DNA of 64,000 nt from Marsupella aquatica (lineage: Eukaryota; Plantae; Marchantiophyta). The position numbers and the translations under genes are program-made. The stretch covers positions 13,759,580 through 13,823,579 of the forward strand of contig OZ316894.1 in assembly GCA_973895155.1 (NCBI GenBank), given 5' to 3'. This document shows positions 12,401 to 25,400 of the stretch, piece after piece. Each line of letters begins with the position of its first letter. Position 1 is the stretch's first letter. The notes beneath the pieces are model-generated. The model searched no databases. It was not told the origin of the DNA and saw only the letters and a list, made by a program, of their open reading frames with translations.

Positions 12401-13462
12401 TACATTTCCGCACATGTTGACAGAAAATCTTTGAATTCGGGGCTAAGGAGTGGAGTGATCTTTGAGGTCTTCACGCTCCATTCTTTTGTGGCCTCCTTCA
12501 TCATTGCGGCATGACGCTTGGTGACCTCCTCCTTTGACCACGGCCTCCCTTGAGTGTTTGCAGTCGCCATGTCCAGTTTGAATTGCACAGAGTATGATTT
12601 GATCTTGTTCTCGCACAAGATGTACACAAGGGCCTCCAAAGGCATCTTCTTCGTATACCAAGAGCCTTTCCTTGTCTTTGCGCGAATTGCCTCAAAGCGT
12701 TTGAAGTTTCCGGCATCAATTATTGTCTTGTAATAATCAAGGTCATGGGACAGAATCCGACTAATTCTATCAGCATCGAGGATCCACGACGGTTCTACAA
12801 TGTCTTGCCCCAATCTGTATACAACCATAATTCATTAGCGCCATACGCTAACCAAAATCTCACAATGGAAAATTCGTCCAAATCAAAGAAAATGACCAAA
12901 CTTACTGATTGACACTGTGCATGGCGGCTTCAATCTCAATAAGAGAACCTCAATCTCCCTTGAACATAGTGCATAGCACACGAGGGTGGTACTTGATATT
13001 TTCGGGGTTCTCTTTTGTTACCTGCGACCAGGAATACAGACGATGATTCCCATCAAACACACAAAACATCTTATCTTTTAAGACAAGGAAATCTGGATCT
13101 GCTTCACAGTCCGCTTCAAATTTATCATTCCAGACAGCATCCCAACTCTCGCGGATTTTGGGGGTACAAAATTGGATGACGCCTTCAGAATCAACGGGTT
13201 GCACGTAGAATCGCATCCCAATGGAGGAGTTGTAACTGGAACTACGAAATGATTCTTTAAGCTTCTCGATTGAAGCACTCTCCTTCTAGAGAGTCCGCAC
13301 AACTTCCATATTGACCAGGCGACAAAGCGGTATACGCGGAGGGTCCTTGGACTTACCTCTAAAATCAGTGCCGAACGACATTGCATGTTTGGCAATCACA
13401 TCTCCCATCGCTAGCGACCCTTCACACCCGTCCTCCATGATGAAATCACTCAAATTCTCCAT
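9453..13462 (-). pseudogene. Spliced ParB-like domain plus beta-class N4-cytosine/N6-adenine DNA methyltransferase-like fusion gene (MULE cargo)
   Basis: Approximate exons 13462-12906, 12814-11484, about 11235-10524, 10427 to about 9851, and about 9747-9453, with GT-AG junctions. N-terminus IPLCRLV..VRTL..IEKLKESF...FYV...VFDGNHRLYSW...AAMHSVN is ParB/Srx-like. C-terminus has VDAGFVYLPTG (motif IV position), FLA(D)DGLLAVLH, and LPVGFMQSVLELISHPGDIIMDWTVGSGSTFVAGDFCGRFILGIE (motifs X, I, II). Stops and frameshifts present. Confidence 0.75.
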
Positions 13463-14046
13463 CACACCTCGTCTCTGCGTTGGGAAAGTCTGCGCAGAGT
13501 TCCGAAGTGAATGCGATGCAATCGAGCAAGTAACGTGTCATGTGTAAACAGAACCAACGAAAGATGTCTCCGATGTTTGAGAATTACCCAGGGAAGTGTT
13601 GTCCATCTCTAGATAAAGAGTCTATGGCCCTAAAATTTGGAGAGTTCTCAGCCACTCACAAAGGTCTGCAACGTTCTGCTGCAACCAGATAGATACGACC
13701 CACATCCAAAACAGCCAATATGGAGACCGTTTTCCCGCAACAGAATGACACAACCGCAAATCACACAGCAAGATCAGATCTGTCAAATTGACCTTTGACA
13801 GGAAAAAGATCCAAAAAAGACCGACAGCTGACTTAAATATGAATGTTCCATGATGAAAAATATAAGGTAATCGAGCAATCGAACCAAAGAGAAAGGGACA
13901 CTTGGCATATAGTACTGACGTGGTTACTCAAATCTAACAAAGAATCTCGTAATTAACATTCATTCAAGAGGTAAAAACGGTCACACGGGCATAAAGTTAC
14001 CGTTACAAATATCCGTTGGACAGACAACTCAGAGGATAATCATTAA

Positions 14047-14330
14047 TAGCGCGCGGCACTATCATAAACATCACTCCTTCTAGACCAAAAAGTATACATA
14101 TTTTCTGGTGATTCGACCATAAAATACAAGCAATACGCTGAGTTTCTATAATAGCGCCCGACGCTATTATTGATTGTTGTAGAATCTCTTGTTTTTTTGT
14201 TTTCCGCAATAATAGCGCCAGGCGCTATCAATGTAGAGTATCAAATAAAGTCACGTTTTCAGAATTTTGATTTAAAATTTCACGCTTTTGAACGACGATC
14301 TGGTAGGGTTTTTGCTAGCGCTTGGCGCTA
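14047..14330. promoter_or_regulatory. Cluster of four TAGCGC-N3-GCGCTA palindromes in the divergent intergenic region
   Basis: Copies at 14047, 14152, 14213 and 14316, between the ATG at 13462 (-) and the ATG at 14548 (+). Confidence 0.7.
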
Positions 14331-15057
14331 TTATTCTTCGTTGTGAAAATATCCGTTAAATTAACGGAAACATTTTGTTTTCAATGGTCATCCGGCGCCA
14401 TTTATCTCAAATTTATACGTTGAGTGAATGGTAAAAATCTAAATATTTTGTGCGTTTGTGTGTGGTTTCTTCGTTCTTGATGATTTACTTGAGGGAAATA
14501 ATAAACCCAGGCTAGAAACACCCTTACCATTTTGCCATTCTGTCAGAATGTCACGGGTTATTAGGGTAAAATGTCCTCAAACAGGAGATGTGATTAGCGT
14601 TCCTGTGACTAACGGAGATGGTAATCAGCGTGTTAGTGAAGATTATCTTTGTGGAAGGTTTGATGTTAGGAGGAAAGACATTGAAAGCTTAGGGACAGAT
14701 GCCGAGGAGGTAGTGAATTCTTTTTACATTTTTGGTCAAAAATGGTGGGAACTGCACTGCGGTGTCGAGTACGCGCTTTTCCTCCGAGGAAAAGTAGTGA
14801 AACTAGAGATGGGGGATGCACCAACAGAGGTCATTGACCTCACGTCTGATGGTGATGACTCTTTCCCTGTCTCTCAATTTCCAATGCATCAATGTAGTAC
14901 CTCAACGGAAGATAGTGGAGGTGACAAGCTTCTTAAATCTCCTTCTCTTCCTATAGTTTATAGAAGGAGTGCGTTAGACGCTCTTTTGAAATTGACTGGT
15001 CAAAGTGAGCTATCTCGATTTGTAAGATCAGAGACTTTCAAGCACGAGCAAGTAGAA

Positions 15058-17121
15058 TGTCGCGCCACTAACCTGGGCCTTAAATCCAGTTTAGTGCCAT
15101 GGTGCGACCTCGACCACCAGTAAGGGTGAGGGTTCGGGCAAGGAGGTGTGTAGTGACCTCAATTAGCCCTAAGTCGGGCTAAGTCGATATACTTACCGGT
15201 ATAACACCTGAATAATTCATACTAGTCATAGGTATATTTGTTTTCCACCGCTGGAATATTCCCTCAATTAGTGACTCGGACTAACTCCCGGCTTGGGGCC
15301 TTTCAAGCCATCGACACGACAGGACCTTGTGACATACAATGAGTGGCAATCCCTACCATTAGACCGCACCCGGTACGTCCCTTAAAATGGCGCCTTTACC
15401 CAGACAAAGCATACACACAACACCAGTTACTTGCAAAAACATTAGGGGGAAAAGACTATATTTACTCAGCGAAGCATCAGTTTACATGGTTGACTCGACT
15501 TCAAAGGGGGTTAGCAGGCCCAACGGCAGTCGATGCCCAGTCTCTACGAGGCCCTGCCTTGCACTTGCCCAGCAAGCTCGACTCTGGCTCTCACTCCTTG
15601 GTGCACTCTGACCCTGCTCAGGCCGGGACTCCCCGTGCCTCACCTTCCCTCTGCTGAGATAACTAAGCCTTCTCCCCTTCCTCGGCGGAAGGGGAAGCCT
15701 AAATACTACAATCGCGGAGGAGAGCCAGAGGATACTGCCTTCCGGGATACTACCTACTGACTAACTACCTACTGACTACTGGCCGCGCCGCACTGACTGG
15801 TTGACCATCGACGACAAGGTGCCGACCGGAATGGCAACGGCCAAGCCTACTGACTAATTCTAGTCTGTTGATGGACTCCATCCTACGTTGGCGGATCCTA
15901 ACTGATCCGGCCCTAATTCTTCTTACTGCCGCTAATCGACGCCTAATGACAGTCATTCTGTCATTACGCCTAACCAAAAGATGCCGCTGACTTAACTGCC
16001 TCGCACGGCGCCTGCTTCCACCCTTCGCTAACCACCCCTTACGTGTGTGCAGTGGTTGGACCAAGGCTGGTCCCCTTGTCGGGACGAGACCTCGAGCCGC
16101 CTTGATCAGAGGTGGGCCCAGGTTTTCCCCGTTGGAGGATGAGCAGGGTAATGCGGTCCTGCAAGGCCTTATTGTCCCGTACCGCCTCCTCTGCCTCATT
16201 TGCAGCTTCATCGACCTCGGTCTGGAGCCGCGCTACCTCCAGATTGAGCTGGTCGATGGAGTTGCGATGGATCTGGTCTTGTGCTAGCAATTTATCTCGT
16301 TTGGCGGAGAGACTAGCCACCTGCTGTGCTGCCTGCACGAATTGTTTGTTGAGGTCGGTCAGGCTGGTAACCCGAGCCGAAGATTCTGAGCGTAATTGAA
16401 GCACGGTGTCATCCAGCTTCTTGAGTTCGACCTGCGCTCCGCTTAACTCCTGGTTTAGTCCGTCCCTCTGTTCGACGGTGCGGACTAACTCCTCGCGTCG
16501 GGTTGTTGCCTCCTCCTCGAGGTGCTCTACCAACATCTGGAGGCGCCCGATCTCATTCCCCTTCGCCATGAGTTCTTCTTCCAGGCGGCTTACAATCCGT
16601 GGTTGGTGCTCTAACATGAAGAAGGCTGGTTGAAAGTACGCTGAGACTTGTTATCCGATGTACGTCGCCAGCTCCCCAGACATAGTCTGGCTAAACTTCT
16701 GGACCAGGTCGTAGGCCATGGTCCCCAGGGCTACTTGGTAGTCCTCCATCCTCTCGGGTACCGGTGGTTCCTCGGCAGGGGCAATGAGCTCCTCCGTAGT
16801 CAGCGCTGGGGAGGGGAAGGTCTCTTCAGGTGGTGGAGGGATTGGGGGTGGTTGTATTGCGGGTAGCGGAGGCTCGACGGAAGGGAGCGGCGGAATTTCC
16901 ACAGGGGGCGGTGGTGGAGTATTAGTCGGGGCTTCCGGCTCGGGGTTTGCCCGAGGGATGGTAGTCTGCGTAGTCGGGGTTGCCTCCTCTGGGGCGGGGG
17001 TGACATTACCCGGGGCTGAGGTGGCCATATTCTTTCCTCTGGCCTCCCGCCGTGCCTTGTACCAGGCGAGGATAATGGCGATATGACTTCCCAAGTAAGT
17101 CTTCCCCCCAATAGCCGTACC
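15058..17121 (-). repeat. 3' LTR of element 2, truncated by a deletion that also removed the integrase end
   Basis: High-identity copy of 22434 to about 24498. The junction to integrase has filler sequence and a 29-bp tandem duplication (17139-17196). Confidence 0.88.
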
Positions 17122-17138
17122 TACTGTCGTACAAAAGT

Positions 17139-20100
17139 CTCCGACCCATTTAGTCGAGTAGTCGATACTCCGACCCATTTAGTCGAGTAGTCGATAGCAA
17201 GAAGGATGTACCGGCAACGCCGACCTCGGGTTACCGGAGTGAAAGGTCCTATATAATCGATGCCCCATTTCTCAAACGGGGCAAGGGGGAAGATTGGGGT
17301 AAGAGGATGATTACCCGACCTGCGAGGTTTGCCTGCGCGCTGACACAAGTCGCAACCTCGGATAAAATGGGCTACGTCGTGATGGAGCGTAGGCCACCAA
17401 TAACCTGCATCCAAGATTTTGTGAGCCGTGGTGACCGGGGCGAAGTGTCCTCCTGCCTCTTCCTCGTGCATAGCTTGCATGACAATGATCGTCTCGTTAT
17501 AATCTAGGCATCTGCGGATCTTCCCATCGACACCTTCCTTATGCAGATGTCCGCGGATCATCATGTATGGTGCGGCCTTGCGCAGAAAGACCGACGCGGC
17601 CTCTTGGTTTATGTTACTTGGAATGCGGGCCGTTAAGAGGAAGGTGATTAGGTCCCCGTACCACGTTGGTTGGTCCGTTTCTACGCGGAATAACTCTTCA
17701 TCAGGGAATGCGTCATCGACAGGTGCATCGTCTGATTCCCCTTCGATCCTCGAGAAGAAGTTTGCATTTACGTGAGCTTTCCCTGGTCGCACCCTGACTT
17801 CATAGTTAAATTCTTGGAGCAGCAGGACCCAACGGGCTATTCTCCCCGTTAAGTCTGCTTTGTTTACCATGTACTTCAGGCTATCATGGTCAGTATGGAA
17901 TACTACCTTATATCCCAATAGATAATGGCGAAACTTTTTACACGAGTAGATGATTCCCAAGGCCTCTCGATCGGTGGGCGAATAGTTTTTCTCTGCGATA
18001 AACAATTGTCGGCTCGCAAAATAATGGGGTGGTCACGTTTTTGGTCGTCCAGTTGGCTTAGGACTGAGCCGATGCAGAACCCAGACACGTCGACATACAC
18101 ATGGAACTCCTTGTTCCAATCGGGGGTAGTCAGAATCGAAGCCATCGTTAGCTGGTTTTTTAGTTCGTCAAAGGCTGATTTCCGACGGGGAGTCATTTCT
18201 ATGACCGCGTCTTGCTTCATCATTTCTGTGAGGGGTAGGGCTATCTTAGCGAAGTTCTGAATGAATCGTCGGTAGTACCCCACGCAGCCTAAGAAGGATC
18301 GCACCGCCTTCTGGTCCGCTGGGTAAGGGACATTCATCCACGCGGCCACCTTCTCTTGGTCCACCTCGATCCCCCATTTGGACACTCGGTGTCCTAGTAG
18401 CACTCCTTCCGTTACCCCGAAGAAGCATTTGCCCGGGTGTAATTTCAACCCTACTTCTCGGCATCGCTCCAAAGTCCGCCTCAGGTGTTTCGGGTGTTGG
18501 GCAATTGTTCCGAAGATGGTGAAATCATCTATGAATACCTCCAAAAATTCTCGTAAGAAGTCATGAAAAATATTCATAATGATTCGCTGGAACATAGCCG
18601 GAGCATTGCATAAGCCAAAGGGCATCGGTCGGAACGCGTAGGTTCCCCACTCAGTTATGAACGTGGTTTTGAGCTGGTCCGATAGTCTGATCCAAATCTG
18701 GTTATAACCCGAATATCCATCCAGGAACGTGTACACCTCGTTCCGGGCTACCATGTCAAGGACCATATCCGTGTAAGGAAGCGGGTAATGGTCCTTCCGA
18801 GTAGCATCGTTGAGCTTCCGATAGTCTTGGCATATTCAAATTTTGGGTTTTCCATCGGGCCCGACCTTCTTAGGAACCACCACAATGGGGGATACCCATT
18901 CACTAGATAAGACGGGGTAGATTATGTCCACCACGATCAGTTGATCTAACTCCTCCTTTACCAAGATGGAATGTCTTGGGTTTAGTCTTCGTTGTCTCTC
19001 TCGGACGGCATGCGCACCCAAGTTTAGATCAATGACGTGTTCGCCGTAGGCTGGTGAAATCCCGGTTAAGTCTCGGTGACTCCATGCGAAGACGTCCTCA
19101 TATTCCGATAGGAGTTCTTGGATGGCCTTTTCCTCTGGCGCTCGTAGGCCATAACCGACCTTGAATGTTCTCTCCCTCCTTGTGGTGTAATTGCCATAGT
19201 GCTCCTTGCGGATTACATCCACATGGTCTCTCGTGGTCCGGTCAAGATGAGCCTCCAATTCCTCTAGTCTGGTGCCATCGTAGGCCACGGGTTCCCAGAC
19301 TGTTGGCTGCTCCCTTGGGAGCTCCTTGGGTTCCTCTATTACGGACAGAATCTCGGGGCTCCAGGTAACCTTTTTCTTTGTGGGAGGAGTGGCGGTCTGA
19401 GTAGCGTTTTCTTCGGGTAAACCGGGCAAGGCAAGCCGGCCAACTGCCTTCTTAGGCCTCACTATTCCGGGGAATGCTCCGCCCGTCGCCGCATCATCTC
19501 CTTCTGGCCTCCCGGGTGTTTTGATTTGGGCCGCTGGCCTGGGCTGGTTCAGAAAATGGGTTTCTCGGACAGCACTTACCCCGAAGACTTCCTCTTCATC
19601 TAGGCGAGAGATTAACTCCACCATATTCACCTCTTCTTCTGAGATGTCCTCCTCCGAGTCATATTCTTTGGGTCCCTGGGGCATTTCGCCCTGGTAGTCT
19701 TCTTCCTTCCATGATACCGTCGTAGTCGGGTTACCGAATCGTAACTCCTTCCTTCCCCAGTCAGTCACGACTCGGGCACCGTATAACTAGGGTCTGCCCA
19801 GCAGTACTGGATAAGAAGAGGGTCGGACTGATCGCATCACTAGGTAATTTAGAAAAAACTCGAGGCCTCCAATCCACGTGGATATCTTGGTTAACGTCCC
19901 CAATGGCATGATCCTGGCGCCGTTTGCTAACCGAATGGCGCGCGCCGTGGGTTGATAAGACGTATATCCCAACCTTACGGAAGTGTCTTCCGTCATGATG
20001 TTTACACCGGACCCGCCGTCTACCGGTACAAACCGAACAGTACAACTCGCTATCTCGATAGAGACTTCCGGCGCTCCTAAGTCCTGGTAAATCATCATAC
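17139..20100 (-). pseudogene. Gypsy pol (PR, RT, RNase H, partial integrase) of element 2
   Basis: VPVDGGSGVNI, SEWVSPIVVVPKK, YTFLDGYSGYNQI, FIDDF, NYSPTDREALGII, GHFAP...CDLCQ and WGIDYIGP. Confidence 0.92.
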
Positions 20101-22319
20101 AGTTGGCTAAGGTGCTTACCCGAGGTAGCCGTCGCCTCCTCTTTCCTATCAGCATCTCCTTGAGTTGTTGCCGATACTTCGGGTTATCCTGTAATAGTTG
20201 TTCGACAGTGGTTGTAGCTGCACAGTTCTGAACATCCTTTTTGATGTCGTATTGGTTAGACGGTGGGGTCGCAGATTTTAATGCTTCTGCTTCCTTGACT
20301 TCAGCTTGCAAGGCAGTCTCAGCTTCCTCGGCTTCTTCTGCTGCCTTTGCATCGGCAATATCCTTCTTAATGGCTTTTTCGTGCTCTTGGGCCTCGTAGG
20401 CTTCCAATTGCTTTTTGACCAGTTCCTCTACTCGCGGGTAAAATAGCTTCGGGTTATCCCGTTGGTAGTCTTCTAGCTCGTCGGGTTCCATTGGAACATT
20501 CTTATTCGGGACCGCCTCTTTCTGCTGGGCATCCTTCCGAACTCGTTCTTTGTACTTGTCTTTCTTGCAGGATGACCGAGTAGAAATGCGATAGCACTCA
20601 TCGTCCGCGTGTGTTCCCGTTTGCTCAACTACTTCTATGAGGTCAATCCACTCGGTGGAGTCGTCCTGCCATTCCATTGTTACCATTTGTACTACTGCAT
20701 CCGTAATTGGTGGGGCCGCAGGTTGAGCAGCTCTGACGGCACCGGCCTTCGCGGCTAGCACCAAGGGGCAATTTGACGTGGAATGTGCTTCGGTTCGACA
20801 GACCTGGCACAATGGAAGCGCTCTCCCATCCCCTTGCTTCCGTTGCTCCGTGCACTCTCGGGCAAAGTGACCAGGTTTCTCGCAATTATAGCAAACTGGG
20901 GTCCGCCAAACTCCGGGTTTAGGTGGGATACTTGGATTGCTGACCATCTGGGGGCCACGCCCATTCACCGGGTATGGATAAGGGGTATGGAACCCTGGAT
21001 TATGGCCGCTTAGAGTGCGAGGTCCCGTCATACTCATCTAGAACACCGCCTCACCTGGATCCTCGAAGAAGTACTCCATCGTGCATTCCTCTGGCTCGGA
21101 CTGTCCGGGCTCCAACTCTATCTGGTGCACACAAGTATTCCATCTTGGACATTCTTGCACCACATGTCCCGACTGATAACACTTGGAGCACCAAGCATGT
21201 GCTCGGATTTCCGGTGGTTTCTTCTTGTCCGGAGGTTTTTCCGCCAAGTGCACCGATAGTGCCTTCAGCCGGTCTGTGATTTCGTTTAGCTTTTCTACCT
21301 CAGCCGCCTTTGGGTCCGCGGTGACGACTTTGGCTCGCGGTTTATGTTTACCCGCATCTGACCGTGATCCCTTCTTTCTTCGGTGGTTACGAGACTCTGA
21401 CACGGTCTCGCTGGAGGATGAGCCAGTTGTCGTTGGGCTACTAGACAAGGAATCACTAGACTCTGAATCAGAGTCTGACGAAGAGCTTGCCCGACCCTTC
21501 TTCTTATGGCATCATTTCTTCTTCCTTTTTTTCTCGTCGTACTCAGAGTCGGAGTCGCTGAAGGTATGATACCTCCTGCTCTTCGTATGCTTGGTCCTCC
21601 TATTAAGCTGAGAGGCGTAGTGCGATTCCCTGAAGGATTCGGCACTATCAATTGCTTGTTGCAGAGTGGTGGTCTTCTTTTCTAGTACCGAGAATGCCAT
21701 CCTCTGGGGTAGCGCGTTGACCAACCCAATTCCTCAGCAGAGAGTCATCTGGCTTAGGTCGAATCTTGGCGGCAACCTTCTGGAATCGCTGCAGAAATTT
21801 GCGAAGTGAGTCATGCTTACCCATTTGCATTTGTCCGATTTTTGACAGGGCCCGAGATTCGATCCCGACGGGCTGAAACTCTTGTAAGAACGCCGTTTGG
21901 AACTGGCCCCATGTGAAACCCGAGGGTTGTAAGTTATACCACGGGTGCGCTTCTCCTCGTAGCACGCCTGGAAGAATGGTTAGCTTAATGGCTTCCTCAC
22001 CATTTGCCTTGGTCGTGGCCTCGAACTTAGCTATCCATTCATCAGGGTCGTCCGTGGGTCGTCCCTTAAAGGGTCGATAAGTAAACCGGGATCGCTGAGA
22101 CACGTTCTGAGCCGCAGGGGGCCGCAACGCACCTGGTACCTGCGGGGCTGGTGGAACCGGTGGAGTTCCTCCCGCCATTGGTGCTTGGGTACCCATCACA
22201 ACACGCGATCCTGCTTGGGAAGCCGAGCTCCCCGCTTCGCCGGATGCGGTATTCTCTTCCAACCTTGATGCTCCGTCCGGTTGTTGTAAATACGCAGAAC
22301 GTGATCGGGTAAGGGGCAT
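20100..22319 (-). pseudogene. gag of element 2 with three CCHC zinc knuckles
   Basis: PFKGRPTDDPDEWIAKFE capsid-like motif; knuckles CSKCYQSGHVVQEC, CYNCEKPGHFAREC and CQVCRTEAHSTSNC; frameshifts present. Confidence 0.85.
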
Positions 22320-22397
22320 GCCCCTTCCTACACGTCGAGTACAAAATCAAAAGTTACTAGCTCACTACACGGCTCCACTCGTAAGGAAAAATGAATG

Positions 22398-22416
22398 CCC
22401 CCTTCATCTAGCGCCA
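22398..22416 (-). promoter_or_regulatory. Primer-binding site (TGGCGCTAGATGAAGGGGG, tRNA-Asn-like)
   Basis: Lies between the 5' LTR and the gag ATG, 17 nt from the LTR edge. The tRNA assignment is tentative. Confidence 0.6.
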
Positions 22417-22433
22417 AAAAACCGGTCGCCGTA

Positions 22434-25400
22434 TGTCGCGCCGCTAACCTGGGCCTTAAATCCAGTTTAGTGCCATGGTGCGACCTCGACCACCAGTAAG
22501 GGTGAGGGTTCGGGCAAGGAGGTGTGTAGTGACCTCAATTAGCCCTAAGTCGGGCTAAGTCAATATACTTACCTGTATAACACCTGAATAATTCGTACTA
22601 GTCATAGGTATATTTGTTTTCCACCGCTGGAATATTCCCTCAATTAGTGACTCGGACTAACTCCCGGCTTGGGGCCTTTCAAGCCATCGACACGACAGGA
22701 CCTTGTGACATACAATGAGTGGCAATCCCTACCATTAGTCCGCACCCGGTACGTCCCTTAAAATGGTGCCTTTACCCAGACAAAGCATACACACAACACC
22801 AGTTACTTGCAGAAACATTAGGGGGAAAAGACTACATTTACTCAGCGAAGCATCAGTTTACATGGTTGACTCGACTTCAAAGGGGGTCAGCAGGCCCAAC
22901 GGCAGTCAATGCCCAGTCTCTACGAGGCCCTGCCTCGCACTTGCCCAACAAGCTCGACTCTGGCTCTCACTCCTTGGTGCACTCTGACCCTGCTCAGGCC
23001 GGGACTCCCCGTGCCTCACCTTCCCTCTGCTGAGATAACTAAGCCTTCTCCCCTTCCTCGGCGGAAGGGGAAGCCTAAATACTACAATCGCGGAGGAGAG
23101 CCGGAGGATACTGCCTTCCGGGATACTACCTACTGACTAACTACCTACTGACTACTAGCCGCGCCGCACTGACTGGTTGACCGTCGATGACAAGGTGCCG
23201 ACCGGAATGGCAACGGCCAAGCCTACTGACTAATTCTAGTCCGTTGATGGACTCCATCCTACGTTGGCGGATCCTAACTGATCCGGCCCTAATTCTTCTT
23301 ACTGCCGCTAATCGGTGCCTAATGACAGTCATTCTGTCGTTACGCCTAACCAAAAGATGCCGTTGACTTAACTGCCTCGCACGGCGCCTACTTCCACCCT
23401 TCGCTAACCACCCCTTACGTGTGTGCAGTGGTTGGACCAAGGCTGGTCCCCTTGTCGGGACGAGACCTCGAGCCGCCTTGATCAGAGGTGGGCCCAGGTT
23501 TTCCCCGTTGGAGGCTGAGCAAGGTAATGCGGTCCTGCAAGGCCTTGTTGTCCCGTACCGCCTCCTCCGCCTCATTTGCAGCTTCATCGACCTCGGTTTG
23601 GAGCCGCGCTACCTCCAGATTGAGCTGGTTGATGGAGTTGCGATGGATCTGGTCCTGTGCTAGCAATTTATCTCGTTCGGCGGAGAGACTAGCCACCTGC
23701 TGTGCTGCCTGCACGAATTGTTTGTTGAGGTCGGTCAGGCTGGTAACCCGAGCCGAAGATTCTGAGCGTAATTGAAGCACGGTGTCATCCAGCTTCTTGA
23801 GTTCGACCTGCGCTCCGCTTAACTCCTGGTTTAGTCCATCCCTCTGTTCGACGGTGCGGACTAACTCCTCGCGTCGGGTTGTTGCCTCCTCCTCGAGGTG
23901 CTCTACCAACATCTGGAGGCGCCCGATCTCATTCCCCTTCGCCATGAGTTCTTCTTCCAGGCGGCTTACGATCCGTGGTTGGTGCTCTAACATGAAGAAG
24001 GCTGGTTGAAAGTACGCCAAGACTTGTTGTCTGATGTACGTCGCCAGCTCCCCAGACATAGTCTGGCTAAACTTCTGGACCAGATCGTAGGCCATGGTCC
24101 CCGGGGCTACTTGGTAGTCCTCCATCCTCTCGGGTACCGGTGGTTCCTCGGCAGGGGCAATGAGCTCCTCCGTAGTCAGCGCTGGGGAGGGGAAGGTATC
24201 TTCAGGTGGTGGAGGGATTGGGGGTGGTTGTACTGCGGGTAGCGGAGGCTCGACGGAAGGGGGCGGCAGAATTTCCACAGGGGGCGGTGGCGGAGTATGA
24301 GTCGGGGCTTCCAGCTCGGGGTTTGCCCGAGGGACGATAGTCCATGTAGTCGGGGTTGCCTCCTCTGGGGCGGGGGTGACATTACCCGGGGCTGAGGTGG
24401 CCATATTCTTTCCTCTGGCCTCCCGCCGTGCCTTGTACCAGGAGAAGGATAATGGCGATATGACTTCCCAAGTAAGTCTTCCCCCCAATAGCCATACCAC
24501 CCTGAGCCCACTTCAGCTCCCCCGAGAATCTTTGGTAGAAGAATTGGGCCCAGTTTCATCGTTTGTACTGTTCCACCTGCACGATCGTGCAGAGGGAAAT
24601 CTCGGATCGTGGCTCAATCATGTGTAGGGTAGTCCGTATGAAGTTAAGCTGCTCCATACAGGTTAAGTTGGTGCACGCCCCCTGCTTGTATCCGTTGTCC
24701 GTCTTACCCTCGGGTTTGAAGTGCCGTGGCGTATACTCCTTATCCCAAATTCGGATTTCCACCGGCACCGGCTCGGTTGGTAGGCAGAAGATTTGCGTTA
24801 ACCGATGCTCCATGAGTGATAAGGCCTACCCCGAAACCTTGGTGGTCGACGCGTCAGTGTCGAAATTGGAGATGAACTCACAAATCTCCTTCGGCCCGGT
24901 GGCGCACGGCCTCCATAGCAAGTGGGCGAACCGCTCCAACTGATGCTCCTTGAGATAGTCCGCATGTTCGAGTTTCTTGATCGCGATCCAGACTACTTCA
25001 GGGACGCGGATTACCTGTAATAAGTTGGACTTCGGGTTATCCGGAGGCCGTCGGGTCTGGTTGGTCAAGGGGTTTGCCGGGGCAGGTGCAGGCGCGGCGT
25101 CGGTCCGTGTTGATTTGGGGGCCGTCGTAGTCCTTGGCCGCTTACAAGGACGCTGTTCGAGTTGCGGACTAGCTCGCTCGGAACCCGAAGAACACTCCGT
25201 ATTGATTACTGGACGGACTTGGGACTGGTTCGGCGGTACTCTGGTGGTCATCGGTTGAGGCGCTGGTGGTATCGGGGTAGCCATATCCCAGTTGAAGGCG
25301 TTGGAGCTTTCCCCGAGGAACGTAAGATTACGCGCCGCTTCCCGTTGTCTGCTGATGTCTTCCTGGCGCTTTTCGGCTGCAATCTGCTGGTCTAGGTACC

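Noticed and set aside
9453-13462. Bacterial contamination or recent HGT as the source of the ParB-MTase
   Set aside because: It has GT-AG introns and lies within a TSD-bounded eukaryotic transposon nested among plant retroelements.
15343-16399. Duplicated plus-strand ORFs (also 22719-23775) and other short antisense ORFs
   Set aside because: They are shadows of LTR duplication and GC-rich coding sequence on the opposite strand, with no domain evidence.
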